Source of the DNA: a bacterium
GTDB taxonomy: Bacteria; UBP7; UBA6624; JBBIMK01
NCBI GenBank assembly: GCA_037444445.1
Contig: JBBIMK010000030.1
Location: forward strand, 1-19,839
Length of the DNA: 19,839 bases
Reading direction: 5' to 3'
The translations under genes and the position numbers were made by a program. Positions 1 through 7,362 of the stretch are shown piece after piece (position 1 is the stretch's first letter; each line of letters starts with the position of its first letter). The notes beneath the pieces were generated by a model. The model did not search any database and was not told where the DNA came from. It saw only the letters and a program-made list of their open reading frames with translations.

Positions 1-102
1 TGGAAAAGGTTGAAACTGTGGGGGGATGATTTCCTCTCCGACGGGAAGATAGATACTGCCCTGCTCTTCTGCCTGGCACTCCGGGGATTCTACAAGTGGT
101 AA
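1..102 (+). CDS. 3' end of an unidentified CDS entering from upstream of the window (partial)
   Basis: Frame 1 is open from base 1 to TAA at 100-102 (...LSDGKIDTALLFCLALRGFYKW*). Thirty-three residues are too few to assign a family. Confidence 0.3.
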   Translation, partial: WKRLKLWGDDFLSDGKIDTALLFCLALRGFYKW

Positions 103-348
103 GTTATAAGTCGCCAGTTTTTAGGTTGCAAGAAGCCTGAATCTTTTCCCGCAGCGCCCTCTTAAGAATGCTACAATAAAGTGTGGGATGCTGACGGAAA
201 TGAAAGAGGTTGGCAAGTGTTTTGAGTGAGATGAGTTACTTCGTTCAGCAGGGCAATTTCTCATTGAGGGTGACGCCGTAGATTGACAGGTTGATTTCGG
301 GAGAGGAGGATATTGTAGGATTGGACAAAGAGGAGAGGAGTGAGAAAA

Positions 349-1779
349 ATGATGGAAGAAAAGAGGGCGGAAGTGGTGGTGTTAGGGGGGGGACCCGGGG
401 GGTATACGGCGGCCATTCGTGCAGGCGCCCTCGGAAAGAAGGTGCTGGTGGTAGAGAGGGATAAAGTGGGCGGAACCTGCCTGAATCGGGGGTGCATCCC
501 AACTAAAGCTCTTCTTTCCGCTACGGAAATTCTGGAAGAAGTAGAAACCATGAAAAATGCAGGCATTCACTTTGACGGTTTGAAAGTGGATGTCCAGGAA
601 CTTCACCGCTTCAAGCAGAAGACGGTGGACAAATTGGTGAAAGGTGTGGAATATCTCTTCAAAGGTAATGGGGTGGAGCAACTGACAGGGACCGGGAGGT
701 TCATCGCCCCGAAAAGATTACAGGTGGAGACTCCGGGCGGGATGGTGGAAGTGGAAGGGGAGAACATCATCATTGCCACTGGAAGTGAGGTCACCCCTCT
801 TCCTTCTCTCCCTACGGATGGGAAGAACATTCTGGACAGCGACCAGATTCTAAAAATGACGGAAGTTCCTAAATCCCTTTTAGTGATAGGTGCGGGTCCA
901 GTGGGGCTGGAGTTCGCCGTGATTTTTCATCGTCTTGGCTGTTCAATTGCCGTGGTGGAAATGATGCCCCAGGTGCTACCCGGATGCGACCACGAGGTGG
1001 CATCTGCTTTGCATCGCGCCCTGAAGAAGAGGAAGATGGAAATCTTTGTCTCCACCCTGGTGCAATCCTGTGCGTTGGTGAATGGAGAAATAAAGGTTCA
1101 AATAGCGAAGGTGAGGGAGGATTTTCAACCCATTGGGGGGACGGAGCAAACTCTGAAAGTGGAGAAGGTTCTGGTGGCTACGGGGCGCCGCCCCATCACC
1201 CGAAACATCGGATTAGACCTGGCGGGCGTAGAAGTCTCCCCCAGAGGCTTCATTCCCGTGAAGCCGAACCGAGAAACCAATGTGCCCGGGATTTACGCCA
1301 TTGGCGACATTACCGGACCTCCTCTCCTGGCTCATAAAGCAATGAGAGAGGGCATTGTGGCGGCGGAAGCCATTGCTGGTTTCCCTTCCGTCTTTGATGT
1401 TCAGTCCATCCCTGGCGTGGTCTACACCGACCCGGAGGTAGCCTGGGCAGGGCTGACAGAAGAAGAGGCACGAAAGCAGGGCTATGAGGTTGCCATCGGC
1501 ACTTTTCCCTTCGCCGCTTCAGGTAGAGCCCTCTGTATGAGCAAAACGGAGGGTATGGTGAAACTCATTGGGGAGGCAAAGACTGACCGACTCCTCGGCG
1601 TTCACATCATCGGGCCCAACGCCTCCGAGTTTATGGGCGAAGCCTCCCTGGCTCTGGAGATGGGTGCCACGGTTAGCGATGTAGGGTTCGCCATTCACCC
1701 ACACCCCACCCTCAGTGAAGCCATTATGGAAGCGGCGGAGCGCCTCCATAAAAAAGCCATTCACATCCTGAATAAATAG
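349..1779 (+). CDS. lpdA: Dihydrolipoyl dehydrogenase (E3 component, pyridine nucleotide-disulfide oxidoreductase)
   Basis: N-terminal FAD fold VVVLGGGPGGYTAAIRAG followed by the redox-active disulfide motif GGTCLNRGCIPTKALL. Second dinucleotide fold LLVIGAGPVGLEFA and C-terminal dimerisation motif HPHPTLSEA. The ORF track starts at GTG 340. ATG 349 sits 8 nt after AGGAGAGGAG and is my preferred start. Confidence 0.95.
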   Translation: MMEEKRAEVVVLGGGPGGYTAAIRAGALGKKVLVVERDKVGGTCLNRGCIPTKALLSATEILEEVETMKNAGIHFDGLKVDVQELHRFKQKTVDKLVKGVEYLFKGNGVEQLTGTGRFIAPKRLQVETPGGMVEVEGENIIIATGSEVTPLPSLPTDGKNILDSDQILKMTEVPKSLLVIGAGPVGLEFAVIFHRLGCSIAVVEMMPQVLPGCDHEVASALHRALKKRKMEIFVSTLVQSCALVNGEIKVQIAKVREDFQPIGGTEQTLKVEKVLVATGRRPITRNIGLDLAGVEVSPRGFIPVKPNRETNVPGIYAIGDITGPPLLAHKAMREGIVAAEAIAGFPSVFDVQSIPGVVYTDPEVAWAGLTEEEARKQGYEVAIGTFPFAASGRALCMSKTEGMVKLIGEAKTDRLLGVHIIGPNASEFMGEASLALEMGATVSDVGFAIHPHPTLSEAIMEAAERLHKKAIHILNK

Positions 1780-1791
1780 ACTGGTAAGGGA

Positions 1792-2148
1792 TTACCTCTG
1801 CTGGCTACTGGCGATGAGGTTTACTAATTGTTCGGTGGTGGCATTTCCCACCATCCTCTTTTCGCCCACTTCTACGACTGGCACGGCGTGGATACCCTTC
1901 GTCATCAGCAGGTGTGGTTTGAGCGTAACATCCATCTCTTTCAGTTCAAACCCCATTTTCTCCTTTAATGTCAGGAGCCGGTGTTTCACAATCGGGCAGA
2001 AAGGACACCCCGGTGCGGTGTAAAGAGTCACTTTCACGCTTGCAGGCTGTATATTTTTTGCAGGCCGGTCTGCCGCACTCCCGTAGCCGACATAGCGAGA
2101 AATGGCTGGAAAGACACGAATGTATACCCACTGAAACAGGAGGCCCAC
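1792..2148 (-). CDS. Thioredoxin/glutaredoxin-fold protein with CPFC active site, probably membrane-anchored
   Basis: VTLYTAPGCPFCPIVKHRL...IHAVPVVEV has the CxxC motif and the cis-Pro region typical of the thioredoxin fold. The hydrophobic N-terminus continues upstream of the first canonical start (GTG 2148), so the start is uncertain (see findings). Confidence 0.75.
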   Translation of the reverse strand: MGLLFQWVYIRVFPAISRYVGYGSAADRPAKNIQPASVKVTLYTAPGCPFCPIVKHRLLTLKEKMGFELKEMDVTLKPHLLMTKGIHAVPVVEVGEKRMVGNATTEQLVNLIASSQQR

Positions 2149-2241
2149 TGCCAGCAGGAGCAGGGTTAATGCAAGTCTTCTTCTGCCATCCTTGCATACT
2201 TCGGCATGGGTGGCATAAGAGGACGACCTATGCCTGGATTT

Positions 2242-2610
2242 CTATCCATTGTTCTCTGATGGTTCAAACAAAGAAATTCGGTTTCCCCAGGGGTCCTGGA
2301 TGTTGGCTAATTTCCCGAAGGGCTGTTCATCCACAGTGCCCACCTGGTTAAAGCCGCATTCTGTTGCATGGGCAAGGGCCTGATGAATTTCCGGCACAGA
2401 AAACGAGACGGTGGCACCGTATTTTGGAGATGTGCTCTCCTTCGTCTCCTGCAAGTTCGGGTGGTAATGAAGGGCGAGATCGCCACCCTCTAAATGGAAC
2501 TTCACCCAGTCATCATCGGCGTATGCTGGCTGGACGCCGAGGAATCTTGAATACATCTCTGTGGCTTTCTGGATATGCCCCACATAATAAAAACTGACGC
2601 CTAATTTCAT
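2242..2610 (-). CDS. VOC (glyoxalase/bleomycin-resistance/dioxygenase) family protein
   Basis: MKLGVSFYYVGHIQKATEMYSRFLGV...GATVSFSVPEI...FGKLANIQDPWGNRISLFE is a typical VOC beta-alpha-beta-beta-beta pattern. ATG 2610 is preceded by GGAGAGGTGAT, so the ORF-track start at 2664 is probably too long. Confidence 0.8.
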   Translation of the reverse strand: MKLGVSFYYVGHIQKATEMYSRFLGVQPAYADDDWVKFHLEGGDLALHYHPNLQETKESTSPKYGATVSFSVPEIHQALAHATECGFNQVGTVDEQPFGKLANIQDPWGNRISLFEPSENNG

Positions 2611-2901
2611 CACAGCATCACCTCTCCTTCTGGATTTGGTTTTCTTTCGCTTGTAATGAGCCATTTATGGATTTTCTTCCAGTCGCCAGGGGAAGCGGGG
2701 CAGGTTCCTGCCCTACAAATAAGGGGGACATAGAAACTCTCTTATGCCCTTCCTGACGCACAAAACAGGGTATAGACCTGACCCCCCGCCGTAATATAAA
2801 ACCCGTTTTACTTTTCACCTCTCCAGCCCCAATGGATGTTATTTTACCACACTCTAATAGATGGTCAAGAGAGAGCCACCCTCCTCCGGTGAACGGGGGA
2901 T

Positions 2902-2930
2902 TTGCAAAAGCGGGAAGGGTGAAGTATAAT
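2902..2930 (+). promoter_or_regulatory. Sigma70-type promoter candidate for the rpsF operon
   Basis: TTGCAA (2902-2907), 17-nt spacer, TATAAT (2925-2930), about 70 nt upstream of the rpsF GTG start. Confidence 0.5.
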
Positions 2931-3000
2931 ACCTTGTGATGCTCACCGAACCGCTCCTCGTGAAAAAAAGGGGGGCGAATACGCCGCGGGAGGTGGAGCA

Positions 3001-3327
3001 GTGGAAGAAAAGGAAACCGCTCAAAATTACGAAATGATGGTGATTCTGAAGGGAGAAATCCCGGAGGAAGAGATGGGCTTTTTTCGGCAGAAGTTAGATG
3101 ACTGGATGCAGGAAAAAAGAGGCACCATCCACAATGTAGAAGTCTGGGGAAAGCGGGGGTTGGCTTATGCCATCGGCTCTCACACCGAGGGGTATTATCT
3201 ACTCCTGTATTTTGAACTTCCTCCCTCACAGGTGAAGAGCCTGGAGAAGGCATTGAGACTGGAGGAAAACCTGATTAGATTCAAGATTTTCAAGAAAGAG
3301 AGGCGAGGCGTTCATGCGGGAGAGTAA
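3001..3327 (+). CDS. rpsF: 30S ribosomal protein S6
   Basis: YEMMVILKGEIPEEE...IHNVEVWGKRGLAYAI...GYYLLLYFE...LRLEENLIRFKIF matches the S6 pattern. GTG start follows GGGAGGTGGAG. Confidence 0.9.
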   Translation: MEEKETAQNYEMMVILKGEIPEEEMGFFRQKLDDWMQEKRGTIHNVEVWGKRGLAYAIGSHTEGYYLLLYFELPPSQVKSLEKALRLEENLIRFKIFKKERRGVHAGE

Positions 3328-3604
3328 GCGTCCACCTGTAGAAGCAGAGAGGGAAAGAGGGGAGCGAGTCAGGAAGAAGAGGGCGTGTCCCTTATGTCGG
3401 AGGGGGATAGAAGAGGTGGACTACAAGGATATGGGGCTGATTCAGGAATTTTTGACAGGGAAAGCCTCCATTGCTCCCCGGAGGCGAACGGGGACCTGCG
3501 CGGCTCACCAGCGTTCCCTCGCCCGTGCTGTGAAAAATGCACGAGAATTAGCCCTCCTGCCGTTCACCGCTGACCATTCCTTGACCTGGAGGGAACGCCG
3601 GTGA
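3314..3604 (+). CDS. rpsR: 30S ribosomal protein S18
   Basis: CPLCRRGIEEVDYKDMGLIQEFLTGKASIAPRRRTGTCAAHQRSLARAVKNARELALLPF matches the S18 signature region. Overlaps the rpsF stop by 14 nt. Confidence 0.92.
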   Translation: MRESKRPPVEAERERGERVRKKRACPLCRRGIEEVDYKDMGLIQEFLTGKASIAPRRRTGTCAAHQRSLARAVKNARELALLPFTADHSLTWRERR

Positions 3605-4068
3605 AAGTCATTCTTCTGCAGGACATCCCCAACCTCGGCTCTATGGGAGCCGTCGTCACTGTGAAAGATGGATATGCACTCAACTATTTGATTCCCCGTA
3701 AGATGGCTGCGAAAGCCACAGAAAGGGCGTTAAGAAACATAGAGAAGATGAGGGCAGAAATGTTGAAGCGGCTGGAGAAGGAAAAACGCCGGCTGGAGGA
3801 AGTGGCTTCTCTGCTTCAGGGGGTTCGTGTGGAAATTCCAGCCAGAGCGGGGGAGGGCGGGCGGCTGTTTGGCGCCATTACCGCCTCTCATATTGCGGAA
3901 GCCATTCATAAGAAGTTGAACCTGGAGTTTGACCGTCGGAAGATCCTCCTTCCGGAACCCCTGCGCATCCTGGGGAGTTATGAGGTGAAGCTGGACCTGG
4001 GAGGGGGGATGAGCACCCGGATTACGGTGGAAGTTGTGGAGGAGAAAACGGAGGAAGCCCATGCCTGA
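3601..4068 (+). CDS. rplI: 50S ribosomal protein L9
   Basis: MKVILLQDIPNLGSMGAVVTVKDGYALNYLIPRKMA is the canonical L9 N-terminus. GTG start overlaps the rpsR stop (GTGA) and is preceded by GGAGGG. Confidence 0.93.
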   Translation: MKVILLQDIPNLGSMGAVVTVKDGYALNYLIPRKMAAKATERALRNIEKMRAEMLKRLEKEKRRLEEVASLLQGVRVEIPARAGEGGRLFGAITASHIAEAIHKKLNLEFDRRKILLPEPLRILGSYEVKLDLGGGMSTRITVEVVEEKTEEAHA

Positions 4069-5785
4069 AACCTTTCCGAAAATCCCACCGCAGAGCCCGG
4101 ATGCAGAAGATTATATCCTGGGCTGTATGATTTTAGGGGATAAATCCGCCACCTTCAAGATATTAGAGAAATTGAAGCCGCAGGATTTTTATAAAGAAGC
4201 CCACCAGAAGATTTTTGAGGCGGCTCAGGAGTTGTTCCAGAAAGGTAAGCCCATTGATATGATTACCCTGCCACAGTACCTCCATGAGCAGGGAAAACTG
4301 GATGAGATTGGAGGACGGGCTTACCTGGCAAGCCTCACCGACATCGTGCCTCTCGCCACCAGCGTAGAGCATTACATACAACTGACTCTGGAAAAATCCC
4401 TTAGAAGGCAGTTGATTGCTGCGGGTCTGAAAATCGTGGACCTGGGGTATGATGAAGAAAGCGACCTGGAAGATGTGCTGGGGCAAGCGGAAAACCACCT
4501 CTACCAGGTTGCCATTTCCGGTGCACGAAAAGAGTTCACGGATTTTTCTACCTTAATGGCTCAGACTTACACCTCCACTCAAGAGACTTACCGGAATATT
4601 CAGGCGGGGGCTTTTCCCTTCCCTTATCCCTACAGTGGATACGGTGACCTGGATGAAATCATTGCGGGCTTTCGCCCGTCGGACCTGATGATTCTGGCGG
4701 GGCGGCCTTCTATGGGGAAAACCAGCCTCGCCCTGAATCTTGCCTATAATGTGGCCAGTCAAAAGCGAAGAGAAAACACGGTGGCCTTCTTCTCCCTGGA
4801 GATGTCGGAACCCCAGATTGGCTTGCGTCTTCTGTCTCAACTCTCCAGCATCAACACCCAGAAAATTTCCCTCGGATGGCTTTCCGAGAAGGACTGGGAG
4901 AAATTGGGGGATACCATCTCCCGCCTGGAAGAGGTGCCCCTGTTTTTTGACCATTCGCCCGGCATCACGCCTGTGGAAATTAAGGCGAAAGCCCGACGAT
5001 TGAAGTTAGAGCGTGGGCTGGGGCTGGTGGTGATTGATTACCTGCAGTTGATTCAGAGCAAAAAGAAAGCGGAGAATCGGGTGCAGGAGGTCTCTGAAAT
5101 CACCCGCTCTCTCAAGATTATGGCTAAGGAACTGGATGTATGCGTTCTGGCATTATCCCAGTTATCGCGTGACATAGAGAAGCGGATAGACCGGCGGCCT
5201 GTGCTGGCAGATTTGAGGGAATCCGGGGCAATTGAGCAGGATGCGGACATCGTGATGTTCATCCACGACCCGCGCCCTCCCGCTGATGTGTTGGAAGAAA
5301 GCCCGGAGGGAGACGGCGAGATTTCCACAGAGGGAATGGAGCCGGAGGAGCAAGAGGTCATCCGTCCCTATGTCCTGCGCATCAACCTGCCCCCCAGCCC
5401 GGCTTCCGAAGCATCGGGTATCCCCGAGGTGGAAAACTATATCCTTTCACAAAGGGGGGAAATCCAGAGCACCGACATCCGGCAGCGCTTTCCTCTGCCT
5501 TCTATCTCTTCATCTTCAGCCAGTGAGGCATCTGCCACCCCTGAAGCATCGGAACGGTATTTCACGATTTACCATTTTACTCTCTCCACCCCTCGCTTGA
5601 AAGGGCTTCTGGACCGGCTGGATATCCTTCGGCAGCGGGGGAAAATTCTGAACTATAAAGTCTTTGGACCCTCCCTGCGGAAGGTAGAACTTCTGGTACT
5701 CAAGAATCGCCACGGCGCCACGGGGAAAATCCCTATGTGGTTCCGGCGCGATATTAACCACTTCTCCTCCGTCTTCCTCGAGTGA
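4061..5785 (+). CDS. dnaB: Replicative DNA helicase DnaB carrying an extra segment of roughly 120-137 aa in the C-terminal ATPase domain
   Basis: N-terminal domain PPQSPDAEDYILGCMIL. Walker A GRPSMGKTS, VVIDYLQL, SQLSR, ESGAIEQDADIVMF, and C-terminal LKNRHGATG...F. ATG 4061 follows GGAGGAA and overlaps the rplI stop; the ORF-track start at 4034 is probably too long. Confidence 0.93.
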   Translation: MPETFPKIPPQSPDAEDYILGCMILGDKSATFKILEKLKPQDFYKEAHQKIFEAAQELFQKGKPIDMITLPQYLHEQGKLDEIGGRAYLASLTDIVPLATSVEHYIQLTLEKSLRRQLIAAGLKIVDLGYDEESDLEDVLGQAENHLYQVAISGARKEFTDFSTLMAQTYTSTQETYRNIQAGAFPFPYPYSGYGDLDEIIAGFRPSDLMILAGRPSMGKTSLALNLAYNVASQKRRENTVAFFSLEMSEPQIGLRLLSQLSSINTQKISLGWLSEKDWEKLGDTISRLEEVPLFFDHSPGITPVEIKAKARRLKLERGLGLVVIDYLQLIQSKKKAENRVQEVSEITRSLKIMAKELDVCVLALSQLSRDIEKRIDRRPVLADLRESGAIEQDADIVMFIHDPRPPADVLEESPEGDGEISTEGMEPEEQEVIRPYVLRINLPPSPASEASGIPEVENYILSQRGEIQSTDIRQRFPLPSISSSSASEASATPEASERYFTIYHFTLSTPRLKGLLDRLDILRQRGKILNYKVFGPSLRKVELLVLKNRHGATGKIPMWFRRDINHFSSVFLE

Positions 5786-5792
5786 AAATACA

Positions 5793-5921
5793 GGCGCCGC
5801 TTCATATCACAGAGGAGGAAAAGTCCCCCGGTGAGATAACCTGCGTCATCTCACGGGCTCACCCAAATCTTGCTTCGCAAAAACTTCTTTTATGCTGAGA
5901 ACGTTAGGCGACATTGGTCGC
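5793..5921 (+). repeat. attC-like structured repeat, copy A (left arm degenerate)
   Basis: Aligns with copies B-D. Central hairpin CCGGTGAGATAACCTGCGTCATCTCACGG, conserved block TCACCCAAATCTTGCTTCGC, right arm ACTTCTTTTATGCTGAGAAC, then GTTAGGC (5903-5909), a perfect GTTRRRY. The left arm reads TATCAC-AGAGGAGG instead of TATAAC-ACAGCATAAGAGG. It starts 8 nt after the dnaB stop. Confidence 0.6.
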
Positions 5922-5940
5922 TTGAAAAAGTGATAAGAGT

Positions 5941-7362
5941 ATGAAAAAGATAAAATATCAGCAAAAAAGATATAAACCATTACTGGTGAGAGAGGAAGTA
6001 TTGGTGGACTACAAAGTTCATCAAAACATAGTGAATAATAACCTAAAAGGTATCAAGAAAGATTATGGGATGTTTTTCACCCCTGAACATATTGTTGATT
6101 TTATGGTTAACTTGATTGACATCAGTAAATGCACTGACAAAAAAGATATTACCATCTTAGAACCTGCTTGTGGTTTAGCACAGTTTTTTATTGGAATAAA
6201 AAGGAAGCGACCAGCACTTTTTAACCAAGCAAAACTTTTTGGAGTAGAAATTAATCAGGACGTTATCAATTATTTAACTACTTTAAATGTTGATAATAAT
6301 ATCAAAATAATCAAAGATGACTATCTTTTATGGCAACCAGAATTATCTTTTGATTTAATTATTGGCAATCCGCCTTATGGCATTCCCAGTCTCTCCAAGC
6401 ATTACACCATAAAAGTAGACCCTGTTACTAAAGAAAAATATAAAAGTCTATATGAGACCTGGTATGGAAAATATAATGTTTATGGTGCTTTTATAGAAAA
6501 ATCTATTAAGTTGCTCAAACCCGAAGGACAATTGATTTTTATCGTTCCACCTACATTTATGATTCTGGATGAATTCAAGAAACTACGAACTTTTTTATCT
6601 CAAAACGGGGGAACCGCTATAATTTATTTGGGGACAGATGTGTTTAAGCCTGATGCGGATGTTTCATCGGTGGTGTTAAATTTTATTAAATCTAACAAGT
6701 TCGTTCATAGATTAGAACTTTTAGAATATAGAAATAACAAGATTAGCACAATAAAAATGGATTCTAACTGGGTGGGTGAAGTAATTAAATTTGAAACAGA
6801 TTGGACACGCACCTTAGAGGATTATTGTTCTTATAAACTAAATGATATTTATGATATAAGAATTTCGCCAAGAACTCCAGAAATAAAAAATAACCCTTAT
6901 ATAATAAAAAATGAAAACTTTAAGGACTTCAATAAAAATAATTATCTCCCACTTTTGAATGGTAGAAACTTAAAATGTGGAGTGATTACTTACAATAACC
7001 TGACTGGTTATTGGATTAAAAAAATAGATGTAAAGAAACTCCGTGCATATTTTTCAGTTCCTCATATTGTGGTTGGGTTAGGATTTAGAGAAAATGGGAA
7101 GGTTGCCACTGCTTTTGATGAGAGATGTTACCCATGGATGGGAGATGTTTATCATCTTTTAAGAAAGAGTGATTTGTTCAGTTTTGAATGTGACCTGGAC
7201 ATTTTAGAGATGGTTGAATATCTTAATTCAGAGTATTTGAGAAGGTATGTAAAAGATACTTATAGAGAGATTACTTATCATCTGAGTATTACTCAATTAA
7301 AAAATTTACCATTACCAAATAAAAAGGAATGGCAAAGGATAAAAAAAGAGGTAACATTATGA
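5941..7362 (+). CDS. Gamma-class N6-adenine DNA methyltransferase, M.TaqI-like (type II RM)
   Basis: FFTPEHIVDFMV (motif X), ILEPACG (motif I), FDLIIGNPPYG (motif IV). Long collinear blocks match my recollection of M.TaqI: YGKYNVYGAFIEKSIKLLKPEG, VIKFETDWTRTLE, LLNGRNLK, VPHIVVG...AFDERCYPW, LNSEYLRRYVKDTYREITYHL. Very AT-rich compared with the backbone. Confidence 0.88.
   Translation: MKKIKYQQKRYKPLLVREEVLVDYKVHQNIVNNNLKGIKKDYGMFFTPEHIVDFMVNLIDISKCTDKKDITILEPACGLAQFFIGIKRKRPALFNQAKLFGVEINQDVINYLTTLNVDNNIKIIKDDYLLWQPELSFDLIIGNPPYGIPSLSKHYTIKVDPVTKEKYKSLYETWYGKYNVYGAFIEKSIKLLKPEGQLIFIVPPTFMILDEFKKLRTFLSQNGGTAIIYLGTDVFKPDADVSSVVLNFIKSNKFVHRLELLEYRNNKISTIKMDSNWVGEVIKFETDWTRTLEDYCSYKLNDIYDIRISPRTPEIKNNPYIIKNENFKDFNKNNYLPLLNGRNLKCGVITYNNLTGYWIKKIDVKKLRAYFSVPHIVVGLGFRENGKVATAFDERCYPWMGDVYHLLRKSDLFSFECDLDILEMVEYLNSEYLRRYVKDTYREITYHLSITQLKNLPLPNKKEWQRIKKEVTL

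Noticed and set aside
245-1764. Several 60-117 aa ORFs overlapping lpd in other frames or on the other strand (245-502, 261-566, 382-681, 603-830, 984-1337, 1519-1764)
   Set aside because: All are embedded in the strongly supported lpd gene or its upstream region. They have biased Pro/Arg/Gly composition and no SD sites.
2203-2236. Hairpin GGCATAAGAGG-ACGA-CCTATGCC sharing GCATAAGAGG with the repeat inner arm, as a possible mini-copy of the repeat
   Set aside because: Only about 10 nt are shared. There are no outer boxes, central hairpin or conserved block. It lies in the VOC/thioredoxin intergenic frame region and is probably coincidental.
2618-3253. 211-aa minus-strand ORF
   Set aside because: It overlaps the rpsF promoter, leader and most of rpsF on the opposite strand. 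It is Pro/Ser/Arg-rich and low in complexity, with no start context. It looks like an antisense artefact of a GC-rich coding region.
5270-5680. DnaB insertion as a mini-intein
   Set aside because: There is no Cys/Ser/Thr nucleophile at the N-junction (it begins PRPP...). There is no TxxH block and no C-terminal His-Asn followed by Cys/Ser/Thr. It is not at the known DnaB intein site inside ESG|SIEQD. The composition is acidic and Ser/Pro-rich rather than a HINT fold.
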